Part shown: positions 37,451 to 46,444 of the stretch, piece by piece
Position numbering within the stretch: the first letter of the stretch is position 1
Layout: every line of letters starts with the position of its first letter
Assembly (NCBI GenBank): GCA_964579825.1
Contig: CAZOHT010000008.1
Coordinates: 33,613-97,612, forward strand
From: an uncultured Anaerolineaceae bacterium
GTDB taxonomy: Bacteria > Chloroflexota > Limnocylindria > Limnocylindrales > CSP1-4
Reading direction: 5' to 3'
DNA: 64,000 nucleotides
Translations under genes and position numbers: made by a program
Notes under the pieces: generated by a model
What the model saw: the letters and a program-made list of their open reading frames with translations, nothing else
Database searches by the model: none
What the model was told of the DNA's origin: nothing

Positions 37451-38320
37451 TATGGGCCGACGAAGCGTCCTGTTGTCGCTACTGATTGTGGCGTTCACAA
37501 CGACCGGCGCTCCTCCAGTCGGGGCGGCGGAACCCGACGAAGGGACGTTCATTACGCCCGATGTTGATCCGAACCCGGATCGAGTCGCGATCGCCGCTGC
37601 ACGGGGCCTGGACGCTCGATGAGGCCGCCGCGCAGGACCAGGCGGCGGAGGTGGTCGGGGCGGTGGCGGTGCGGGTTGCCGCTGAGAGTCCCGACGTCTT
37701 CGTCGGTTCGGCGCTCTCCGAGACTCCCGGTGGGCCACCCACGCTCTACGTGAAAGGGCCGGCAGAAGAGGGCTACGGAACCTGGTTTCGACGAGTCCGG
37801 TCGAGATCACCATCGCTGACAAACAGCCGTACTCGTTCTAAGAGCTTGAAGAACGCAAGATCGCGGTCCATCACGCTCTCGAGGAGATGGGCTACCGAAA
37901 CGTCGTCACCGATGTGAACACCACAGGTGGAGGGGTCATTCCTGCTGCCGTCGCCCGTGAGACCGGGCTAGCGACCGACGCTCGATCGATCGTCGAGGCG
38001 TTGCCCGAGTCGCTGCGGGCCGATGTCCGGCCGACCGTGCTCGAGCCGACCGCGTTCCGTGACACGACGTCGTTCGGAGGCATGTGGATGCGCGATTATG
38101 GCGCGAACGAGTGCACGAGCGGGTTCACGGTCCAGAGCCTGAACACTGGCACAGTCGGCGTGACGACCGCGGGCCGCTGCGGGGAATCAACCAGATCTAC
38201 CACCCCGGGCACGGCACACACTCCACTGACAACCAGTCGCGCCTCCCCCCGACTGCCAAGTGGATGCCTACTGGGCGGTCGACGACCTCCGCTTGCAGCC
38301 ATGACACTCGGGACGCCTTA
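37451..38320 (+). pseudogene. Frameshifted S1-family (streptogrisin / alpha-lytic protease-like) secreted serine protease pseudogene
   Basis: Signal peptide MGRRSVLLSLLIVAFTTTGAPPVGAAEP in one frame. Pro-region-like LYVKGPAEEGYG in a second frame. Catalytic-domain remnants ECTSGFTVQ and GVTTAGRCG (HCG mutated to RCG) in a third frame. Truncated before the catalytic Ser. Confidence 0.45.
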
Positions 38321-38564
38321 GGGACGCTCCCCGCATCACGGATGCCAGTACGCACGTGACAGGAGCGCCTCACAGCGACCGACGATCCACGCCGCAGCGC
38401 ACCACGTCGCCGGGAGCGAGCGTGAGTTGCCCACGTGTCCTCCGCAGTGGGGAGAACCCTCCACCGAGTCGTTTCGGCGCGGCCGCTCACCAGGCTTGGG
38501 CAGCGAGGGGGTCCTCCCACGTCGGGCCTGAGGTCCGACTGCCGATCAACCTTCGGCGCTGCGA

Positions 38565-39068
38565 CTAGGTCCGGTAGACCGAACTGAAGGCGTCGTTGAA
38601 CCCGCCACCCAGGATCGGGACGGACTCGTTGCAGCAGAAGTGATCTGCTGTCCCGGCGTGGAACCAGTCGGTATAGAAGGATCCGGTCTCGCTATTCCGC
38701 GCCTTGTAGGAACTGATGCGATCGTTCCAGCCGACCAGCGCGAGGACGTCGTAGTCCGACGAGATCTGCATGAACGGACCGGCGAACGATGGGGAGTCAT
38801 AGACGGTGACGTAGATCACGGCCGCAGCGAGCGAACGGTTGGCTGCGTGAGACGCTTCGAGTTCTGCCGCGCTAGAAAAGCACCGGATGATCGGGCGTTC
38901 GAGGTCGTGGCAGTAGTACTGGCTGATGCGGTCGACGGGGATGCGCTGACCGTCCAGCACCGCACGAATGGGCTCGCCGGCAAGGACCGTTCCTGTGGCG
39001 ACCGGCATCGCGACCAGAGTCAGAGACAGGACAATGAGCAATGTGAAACGACGGGCCACGAATCGCAT
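38565..39068 (-). CDS. Secreted beta/gamma-crystallin (Greek-key) domain protein
   Basis: GGAGG-7 nt-ATG. Signal peptide MRFVARRFTLLIVLSLTLVAMPVATG. Greek-key-like TVYDSPSFAGPFMQISSDYDVLALVGWNDRISSYKA (Y/F..G...NDRiSS). Several Cys residues. Confidence 0.45.
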   Translation of the reverse strand: MRFVARRFTLLIVLSLTLVAMPVATGTVLAGEPIRAVLDGQRIPVDRISQYYCHDLERPIIRCFSSAAELEASHAANRSLAAAVIYVTVYDSPSFAGPFMQISSDYDVLALVGWNDRISSYKARNSETGSFYTDWFHAGTADHFCCNESVPILGGGFNDAFSSVYRT

Positions 39069-39255
39069 GCCAGGACCTCCAACCCAACCGGCACAGACCG
39101 CCAATGGCTGGACCGTATGGAGGGCCCGACGCTGGAACTACGGGAAGGAACCCTGCGAACGACGTGGGTGAAACCCTTTGGGGTCGAGCGTTTCTGACCA
39201 GCAAGTCAAGCAAAACGAGATAGCTCGGTGACAGCCCGCTGTTACCCTCTGCACG

Positions 39256-40791
39256 ATGGGTGACACGCGGCGCACCCACGTCGGGGGACCCCTTCGTCGA
39301 GACGGGGGGTTTCCCTACGCGGTGGGGCGGTGGCGGCCGGTAGTTGGAGGCGTCGAAGGACGCCGTCTTCTGGCGTCCGTGGCGATCTTCGTCGCGATGT
39401 TCGGGCTGCTCAGCGCCAGCTTTGGCGGCGTCACCGCGGGAGTCGTCGCGGAGGATGTCGGCGGTCGGGTTGTCGAGGTGGATCCGGCTGGCTTCGCGTG
39501 GAGAGACGGAGTCCGACCGGGCCTGATCGTTGTCGCGCTCACCCCCGCTGACGCTCCGGGCGGTTGGAGCCTTACCGTCCGCGACCCCGATGGAACGACC
39601 TGGACGACCGCCGCGACGGCACACGAAGGGCCACTGCGCAGATCAGGATGGCTTGCAGCGATGGCGCTCATGCTTGCCGCGCTCGCCGCCATCGTCATCC
39701 GGAGGGTCCCACGCACCGCTGGGCTCGCACTGGCCGTCGCATCCTCGTTGGCCGCCGCTCCAATGGTCATCCAGGGCGACGCTTTGATCGCAGCGGCTGG
39801 GATCGGCTTCGCGGCTGCCTTTCCGTTGGTCGTGGCGGGTGTGATGCTCGGTGGCCGACCCGGGCGGTCCCTTGTGCTAGCAGGGTCAGTGGGAGGGCTG
39901 CTGCTCGTCGCCGCGGCCACCCAAGACGGACCGACGTTCTCAGTGGCCGTTCCCATCGCGGCCGGGATCGTGGTGTCGGCCGTCCTCGCATTCGATGAGC
40001 TTCGCCGACGCGGTGGGTCCGTGCGACCGAATGGACTCGACCTCGCCGTGCTGGGTCTCGCCTTTGCCATCGGGCTCGGCGCGATCCTGGTATTTCACCT
40101 CCCCCTGGAACTTGTCGTCCTTGCGCTCGCCGCCTTCCTCCTGCTGTACCCGCGCAGCCGGAGCCGCATCACGGCGACTGTCGACTCGGTTTGGCTCGAA
40201 GGCCTGCGGCGATCGGCAAAGACCATCGCCGTGGACGAAGAGCGAGCTAGGGTGGCGACCGATCTGCACGACGTCCCGATCCAGGAGTTGACTGGGGCCA
40301 TCGCGCGCCTCGAACAGGTACCCAATACCGAAGACGTCCGCGCCGAGCTTCGCGGCGTCGCGGACCATCTGCGCGAGACCGTGCTCGGGCTGGAGCCACC
40401 GTCGCTTGGCGTGCTTGGTCTTGGTCCCGCGCTGGCGCAGTTCGCCGAGGGCGGCGACGCCGGACGACCGGCAGTCGACGTAGCGGTCAGCTACTCGGAC
40501 CAGCGTCCACCGCAAGAGGTGGAGCGCGCGGCCTACCGAGTGGTCGAGGAAGCCGTTCGCAACGCGATCCGACATTCTCGAGGTCACCTGATCGAGGTCA
40601 CTGGGTCGATCGACCAGTCCACCGTAGACCTGTTGATCGACGACGACGGCACGGGCTTCGGGCTCCAAGAGCCCGCCGGTCACCACGGCCTGAACTCGAT
40701 GTGGCATCGCGCGCAGGCCGTCGGGGCCGCCCTCCAAGTCGATGGAACTCGGGGCGGGCATGTTCGATTCCTTTGGACGAAGCCGACATGA
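39256..40791 (+). CDS. Sensor histidine kinase (NarL-family partner: HisKA_3 + HATPase_c) with a membrane N-terminus
   Basis: Multiple TM helices. H-box VDEERARVATDLHDVPIQELT. ATPase motifs RVVEEAVRNAIRHS and IDDDGTGF. Stop codon overlaps the response regulator ATG (ATGA). The true start may be downstream of 39256. Confidence 0.65.
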   Translation: MGDTRRTHVGGPLRRDGGFPYAVGRWRPVVGGVEGRRLLASVAIFVAMFGLLSASFGGVTAGVVAEDVGGRVVEVDPAGFAWRDGVRPGLIVVALTPADAPGGWSLTVRDPDGTTWTTAATAHEGPLRRSGWLAAMALMLAALAAIVIRRVPRTAGLALAVASSLAAAPMVIQGDALIAAAGIGFAAAFPLVVAGVMLGGRPGRSLVLAGSVGGLLLVAAATQDGPTFSVAVPIAAGIVVSAVLAFDELRRRGGSVRPNGLDLAVLGLAFAIGLGAILVFHLPLELVVLALAAFLLLYPRSRSRITATVDSVWLEGLRRSAKTIAVDEERARVATDLHDVPIQELTGAIARLEQVPNTEDVRAELRGVADHLRETVLGLEPPSLGVLGLGPALAQFAEGGDAGRPAVDVAVSYSDQRPPQEVERAAYRVVEEAVRNAIRHSRGHLIEVTGSIDQSTVDLLIDDDGTGFGLQEPAGHHGLNSMWHRAQAVGAALQVDGTRGGHVRFLWTKPT

Positions 40792-41393
40792 TCGGCGTCG
40801 CCATCATCGATGACCACCCGGCGGTGCTGGCCGGCCTGGTACAGATGCTTTCGACCCAGGACGACATGCGAGTGGTTGGCACGGCGACCACGCTCGCTTC
40901 GGGTGGAGACCTCGTCTCAGACGAAGCAGTCGAGGTGGCCTTGATCGACATCAAGCTGGCGGACGGCTCAGGGCTTGACCTGGTGGCACATGCAACCAAG
41001 GGCGGCAGGCCCTCGGTCATCGTGCTCTCGAGCTTCGCCCACACTCCATACCTGGTCGCCGCCGCCGCGGCCGGCGCGCGTGGCTACCTTCTGAAGACGG
41101 CGCCGCTATCGGAGGTGGCCAATGCGATCCGGCGAGTGGCGGCTGGGGGAACGGTGTTCACGGCTGACCAGCTCCGCGAGACCCAGCGACCATCGGTGAT
41201 CCTGACCGAGCGCGATCGTCAAGTCGTTCGCCTGCTCGTCGCGTCCCGCTCCAACGACGAGATCGCTAAGACGCTCGGTCTATCGCGTAAGACGATCGAA
41301 GCGACCTTGACCAGGCTATACGAACGCTACGGCGCGCTGAGCCGCACAGAGTTGGCGATCAGGGCAATCGAGGAGGCCTGGCTGGACACCTGA
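40788..41393 (+). CDS. NarL/LuxR-family response regulator
   Basis: REC domain (IIDDHPAVLAGL...ALIDIKLADGSG) plus a C-terminal LuxR HTH (ERDRQVVRLLVASRSNDEIAKTLGLSRKTIEATLTRLY). Confidence 0.8.
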   Translation: MIGVAIIDDHPAVLAGLVQMLSTQDDMRVVGTATTLASGGDLVSDEAVEVALIDIKLADGSGLDLVAHATKGGRPSVIVLSSFAHTPYLVAAAAAGARGYLLKTAPLSEVANAIRRVAAGGTVFTADQLRETQRPSVILTERDRQVVRLLVASRSNDEIAKTLGLSRKTIEATLTRLYERYGALSRTELAIRAIEEAWLDT

Positions 41394-41500
41394 CGGGGTG
41401 GGGCCGTCTGTAGGACTGGCCTAGGGTTCTGCCCCCTAGCGCCGCCGCCGGTGCGGGTTGACCGTTCGCCTGGTCTGAGCCTGTCCAGGGAGCTGCGCCC

Positions 41501-43429
41501 GTGCGATCACAGACCGCGTCCATCCTCGCCGACGATGCCATGCGCGACGAGGTCGGCCGGCATCTCAACTCGCTCAGCGGCCGGGAGTTCCCGGCCATGG
41601 CGATCATCATCCCGCCCGAGGTGACGACGTCGGAAGCCTCTGCACCGCCACGACCTCCAAAGCGGCGACAGCGGCCCCAACCCGAGCTGCCGTCCCTGCC
41701 GAGGGAGGACATCGCCGCGGCTATGACCAATGCATCGCTCGAAGCGATCGTCCTGCGCTTCGGGCGACCATCACTGCTCATCCGGAACGACACGTTCGAG
41801 GTCCCACCCTCGGACACCTGGCGAGCCCGGCTCTATCCCGCCAAGACTCGGCTCGATCGGGTCATTCGATCCGTCGGCCGGGTGGAGGTAGACGGCATCG
41901 GCGCGACCCACCTCGGGACCGCGTGGATGGTGGCTCCTGGCATCGCTGTGACCAATCGACACGTGGCTTTGCTCTTCGCGCAACGTGGCGCACGAGGCCA
42001 GTTTCCCTTCCGCACGAGTCCGATCGGGCAGCGGTTCGCGCCCCGATTGGACTTTCGGGAAGAAGCGATCCCGAGCGAGCCACTGGAGGCCGCCATCAAG
42101 CGTGTGCTGTACATCGCCCCTGACGGTGATGACGAGCCGGATGTCGCGTTCCTCGAGGTCGGCCGCATCGGGAATCGGCCACTGCCACCGCCCATCCCGA
42201 TGTTCGATGGACAACCTGCGCCAAAGCAGATCGTTGCGACGATCGGCTATCCGGCTGCTGACTCCCGCAATGCCTTCGTCGACCAGCAGCGCATCTTCGG
42301 GGGCGTGTTCGATGTGAAACGCCTTGCCCCAGGCGAAGCGGTCGAACGTTTCGACGGCGGCTTCTTCAGCCACGACTGCTCGACGCTTGGCGGCAGTTCG
42401 GGCTCTGTCGTCGTGGACGTGACCACCGGCGCGGCCCTTGGCCTCCACTTCGCGGGGGTCTATCTGGAGGCCAACTACGCCGTCGCAAGTTCGGTGATCC
42501 GTCGGCGGCTGGCGAATCTGCGGAGCCGTCCGATCATCTCTACTCGCAGCCTGTCCGAGGTCACCGAGCCGGCACCGGAAGGAAGCGTCCAGGTCGCATC
42601 CCTGGCGGGCCGGACCGGCTTCGATTCCGCGTTCCTTGGGACAGGCGAGTTGCGCGTCCCCTTCCCCACCCTGTCGGAGGGCCTACGAGAGCAGGTCACG
42701 GTGGTGGACGACAAAGCCAAGGGCTCGAAGCGGTGGCGCCTGGAGTACGAGCACTTCAGCGTGGTCATGCACCGCGAGCGCCGGCTGGCCCTGTTCACGG
42801 CCGTTAACATCGACGGTAGCCAGCAGCAGCGCCTCAAGCGAGACAGCGACGTGTGGTCCAAGGACCCACGCATCTCGCTGGGTGCACAAGTCGACAACCG
42901 ACTCTACGCCGGAAACGACCTCGATCGCGGGCATCTCGTCCGGCGCCTGGACCCGACGTGGGGACCGAGCGCGAAGACAGCGCAGGACGACACCTTCTTC
43001 TTCACGAACTGCAGCCCCCAACACGCTCGCTACAACCAGAGCTTGTGGGCGGATCTGGAGGACTACCTCCTCGACAACGCTGAGACGGAGGGTTTCCGGG
43101 CCAGCGTCTTCACCGGCCCGGTCTTTGCGGCCACAGACCCTACCTATCGCGATGTCCGTCTCCCTGGCGCCTATTGGAAGGTCGCCGTCATGGTCCGAGC
43201 TGATGGGACGCGCCTGTCGACGACTGGCTACTTGGTCAGTCAGTCGGATCTGCTCACCAACCTTGAATTCGTGTACGGCCAGTTCAAGACCTACCAGGTG
43301 TCGATCGGGGTGATCCAGTCCCTAACCGGCCTCTCCTTCGGCCGATTGACGACCCTCGATCCACTCCATGGGCAGGAGTCCGCTCAGGCTCGGGAACTCA
43401 CTGTTCCCGGCGACGTCACGCTGCGTTAG
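41501..43429 (+). CDS. Fusion protein: trypsin-like serine peptidase domain + DNA/RNA non-specific endonuclease (Endonuclease_NS / NucA-like). No signal peptide.
   Basis: Protease triad GTAWMVAPGIAVTNRHVA (His), DVAFLEV (Asp), GGSSGSVV (Ser). Nuclease motifs DLDRGHLVRR (DRGH catalytic His) and FFFTNCSPQHARYNQSLW (metal-binding Asn). The N-terminal ~100 aa are charged, not secretory. Confidence 0.7.
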   Translation: MRSQTASILADDAMRDEVGRHLNSLSGREFPAMAIIIPPEVTTSEASAPPRPPKRRQRPQPELPSLPREDIAAAMTNASLEAIVLRFGRPSLLIRNDTFEVPPSDTWRARLYPAKTRLDRVIRSVGRVEVDGIGATHLGTAWMVAPGIAVTNRHVALLFAQRGARGQFPFRTSPIGQRFAPRLDFREEAIPSEPLEAAIKRVLYIAPDGDDEPDVAFLEVGRIGNRPLPPPIPMFDGQPAPKQIVATIGYPAADSRNAFVDQQRIFGGVFDVKRLAPGEAVERFDGGFFSHDCSTLGGSSGSVVVDVTTGAALGLHFAGVYLEANYAVASSVIRRRLANLRSRPIISTRSLSEVTEPAPEGSVQVASLAGRTGFDSAFLGTGELRVPFPTLSEGLREQVTVVDDKAKGSKRWRLEYEHFSVVMHRERRLALFTAVNIDGSQQQRLKRDSDVWSKDPRISLGAQVDNRLYAGNDLDRGHLVRRLDPTWGPSAKTAQDDTFFFTNCSPQHARYNQSLWADLEDYLLDNAETEGFRASVFTGPVFAATDPTYRDVRLPGAYWKVAVMVRADGTRLSTTGYLVSQSDLLTNLEFVYGQFKTYQVSIGVIQSLTGLSFGRLTTLDPLHGQESAQARELTVPGDVTLR

Positions 43430-43445
43430 CGCACAGGAGGGCAAT

Positions 43446-44171
43446 ATGTCCTTGATTCGCGTTGGTCAAACACTGGCCCCAGCGACCGCGGGGTTGGCGA
43501 TCGAGGAAGCTCCGGCTGCCTTGCTCAGGACCTCGGCCACGCCCGCTCAGGTGTCGGTCCTGCCGCCCACGGCGTCGGCGGTGGGTGGCGCGGCAGCGGA
43601 GAGGCGGGCGATCGTCGGTGGGTACGTCCTGTTCGGCGCTGGCCTGCTGATCACGGGGCTCAGCGTGCTTGTCCGGGACATCCCAGACAGCCGACCGGGC
43701 ACGGGATTCGACGTCTTCGCCCTGCTGTACATCTTCGCTCAGTCCATCGAGCGCTTGATCGAGCCCCTCTCGAAGTTCGTTTCCGGGACCGGGACCAGCG
43801 GCACTGAGCGGACGACCAAAGAAGAAGCCAAGGACAAGCGCGCGACCGCGATCAACGAAGCACTCGAGGCGACGAACGCTGCGACAAAGAAGGGGGCGGT
43901 CGACCAGGCAGCCGCAGCGCAGAAGGCGATCGACCAAGCCCGCGCAAACGCCGCGTACTGGATGTGGGGCGTCGCAACCCTGCTCGGACTCCTGGCTGCC
44001 ACGTTCTTTGGCGTGCGGATGCTCGCGGCGGTCGGCGTGGCGGGACCGCATCCCATCTTCGACGTCTGGGTGACCGGACTGATCATCGGATCGGGCACCA
44101 AGCCGCTCCACGACCTCGTCGAGCGGATCCGCCTTCCGAAGGAAGAGAAGGAGAAGGACGCCGACGCCTAG
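43446..44171 (+). CDS. Membrane protein (2-3 TM helices) with a Lys/Ala-rich coiled segment, immediately downstream of the protease-nuclease gene
   Basis: ATG 17 nt after the preceding stop codon. Hydrophobic segments GGYVLFGAGLLITGLSVLV and WGVATLLGLLAATFFGV. No family recognised. Confidence 0.4.
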   Translation: MSLIRVGQTLAPATAGLAIEEAPAALLRTSATPAQVSVLPPTASAVGGAAAERRAIVGGYVLFGAGLLITGLSVLVRDIPDSRPGTGFDVFALLYIFAQSIERLIEPLSKFVSGTGTSGTERTTKEEAKDKRATAINEALEATNAATKKGAVDQAAAAQKAIDQARANAAYWMWGVATLLGLLAATFFGVRMLAAVGVAGPHPIFDVWVTGLIIGSGTKPLHDLVERIRLPKEEKEKDADA

Positions 44172-44339
44172 TCACGCGCCTTCAAAACGCCTCAGTCCTC
44201 CGCATCTTCCGAGGGCATCCGAATCGCCGTCCCGCGGGAAGTCATCCGGGCCCCGACGTAGGGTTGTGCCCCCTTTGCTGGGTACCAGTCCGGGCCGCCA
44301 GGCTGCAAGTCGGCCCATCGACATGGTGCCCCTGCGATA

Positions 44340-45020
44340 GTGGGAGATGCGTTCACGAGTTCTGCTAGTGGTTGGCGCTTTTGCCGCGTCGCTCGGGCTG
44401 GGAGCCGCTCCGTCGGAGCTGCTCGTGCGCCGTCATCCGATGGGTATCTCTACCAAAGTGAGCCGCCAGAACCGCTTGGAGACGCGAAGCAGTCGACTCT
44501 CCGAGGGACGCGGAATGCCGACGGCAGTTGCCACTACGACTATCCAGCGACGCCAACCGATCCCGACAAGGGTGAGGAGCAGGTCACTGAGCAGGTGCCA
44601 GAGGCGACTGCGGGTCGTGCCGACTCTCCAGCCCTTCATGCGACGTCGACCGCTTCCAGCTACAACTGGACGTGGCGGGAGGACATCCTGGGCATCAAGA
44701 TGACCCAGGATCGAACCAACATCTCGTGGTCCTACAACGGATCTTGCTCACTCGTTGGCTCGACCTCCGGGCAGTGGACGTGGGCCACTGGCACGGGGTG
44801 GCAAATCGTATCCAACAGCGGGAATGAGTTGGAAAGCTGTGCGGACTATCGCGGAGAGACCAAGTCAACCTTCAAGAACAGTTGGTTCTGCGCGCCACTC
44901 CCGACGGTTTACACGTACTACTACTATGTGCGCGCCTACGGTCAGGAGAACGGTTCGATCACAGGCTCGCGACGAGTGCACCCCGTTTGGATGCACTACT
45001 CCGTGCAGAAGGTCACCTAG
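44340..45020 (+). CDS. Hypothetical secreted protein. The signal peptide is encoded in the +1 frame (from 44347), so there is an apparent frameshift near 44420-44435.
   Basis: Frame starting at 44347 gives MRSRVLLVVGAFAASLGLGAAPSELLV, then Arg-rich junk. Frame starting at 44340 becomes protein-like from SSDGYLYQ and has lower-GC coding through to ...YYYYVRAYGQENGSITGSRRVHPVWMHYSVQKVT. Confidence 0.3.
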   Translation: MGDAFTSSASGWRFCRVARAGSRSVGAARAPSSDGYLYQSEPPEPLGDAKQSTLRGTRNADGSCHYDYPATPTDPDKGEEQVTEQVPEATAGRADSPALHATSTASSYNWTWREDILGIKMTQDRTNISWSYNGSCSLVGSTSGQWTWATGTGWQIVSNSGNELESCADYRGETKSTFKNSWFCAPLPTVYTYYYYVRAYGQENGSITGSRRVHPVWMHYSVQKVT

Positions 45021-45023
45021 AGC

Positions 45024-45383
45024 GTGACCACGACAAACGAAGGCCTCCACCGCCTTCGCTGGTGGCTCGCCGGGCTGGCGGGCGGTGTTGCGGTAGCCTT
45101 CGTTCCGGTGGCGCTTGGGGTCATCGGCGTGGCGCTCTTGATCATCGTCCTCGTCTGGTCGAGCTTGGCCCGCCCACGCGGAGTCGTGCTCTCTGGCCTC
45201 CTTGTCGGGGTCGGGGCAACGTGGTTACTCCTCTGGGCGAGGGTCACCCAAGGATGCTCCGGAGCCAACACTCCGTCGGTGGGATGCGTCGGACCGGACC
45301 TATCTGGTTGGTCACTCCTGCCCATCGCCCTGCTCGCAGCCGGAGGTCTCCCCGCGCTCGTGACGAGCCTTCGGCGGCCCTAG
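45024..45383 (+). CDS. Small membrane protein (119 aa, 3 predicted TM helices)
   Basis: Hydrophobic helices LAGLAGGVAVAFVPVALGVIGVALLIIVLVW and SGLLVGVGATWLLLWA. Starts 4 nt after the previous stop codon. Confidence 0.35.
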   Translation: MTTTNEGLHRLRWWLAGLAGGVAVAFVPVALGVIGVALLIIVLVWSSLARPRGVVLSGLLVGVGATWLLLWARVTQGCSGANTPSVGCVGPDLSGWSLLPIALLAAGGLPALVTSLRRP

Positions 45384-46444
45384 GGCGGTGAGCACAACCG
45401 TGTGGCCGGTCAAGGGTTCTACCCCATTGCGTCGAAACGAGCGCCGCGCGAGCCTCCGCGATGGAGGTGGTGTTCATGGACGAGCGAGACGAGATCCGCA
45501 GCGCGGCCCTTGAGGAAGTCACCGAGGCGGCCTTCAACGGCGTGCTCAAGGCACTCGAGCGCCGGCGCCTCACGATCGAGACATTCCCGGGCCCGATCAT
45601 CGTCGGCATCATCGCGTGGCCGGACCTCCGAAACGCCCCCGGGCAGATCAAGGACCTGGGCCAGCAGACGAAGGGCGGCTGACTCCCGTGATCGACGGCG
45701 ACGTCGACACGCTATGCCCAAGCGCCCAGCCGGACCAGCCAGGCGCAATCATCTTTGGCCTCATCGAGGGAACGGCTGAAGCGCCGCGTGTTCGATACCT
45801 ATCCCGAGCGCTGCCGATACTCGAGGACGTCTTGGCGCTGGCTGGCCCGGTCGAGCCCACCGAGGTGTTCCGATTTGCCGCACCCTGTGCCCTTGACGCG
45901 TGCCAGCACTTCGAGGAGGGAGCATGCCAACTCGCGGCCAAGATCAGCCGCCTCCAGAGCGGTGAGGGGCTCGGCGTCCCGCCCTGTCGCATCCGTCACC
46001 AATGCCGCTGGTGGCGCCAGGAAGGCAAGGCAGCCTGCCACGCATGCCCCAACGTCATCACGCTCGACTACCGGCCACCAGCGCAACTGAGGCTCGCGGC
46101 TGATCCTTCGACGCGGTGATCAGCCCGAGATCGAGGATAGAGCAGCAGACCCTAGGCGGCCCGCGACGCGCGCAGCACCCGCCCAAGCACGACGATGTTT
46201 GGGCGCATGCCCGCGTACTGCTCCTCGACACGACGCCAGGCGTTCGCGATCTCAGGATCGTCGATGGCAGCGCTACGGACACCGGCCTCGATCGCGCCGA
46301 GCACGCCGCCGTGCGTCCGGACGAGCCGGTCAAGTTGCCGTACCGTCGCGATTCGATCTGTCGTCATCCCTCTGTCTCCTTTCCATCGGCACGTTCGCCG
46401 AAGCTTGTGACACCTTGGTTGTCACCTTCGGCCGGGGAGGTTGC

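Noticed and set aside
36797-37567. 256-aa plus-strand ORF spanning the DUF2188 region
   Set aside because: Arg-rich junk composition. Antisense to the well-supported DUF2188 gene.
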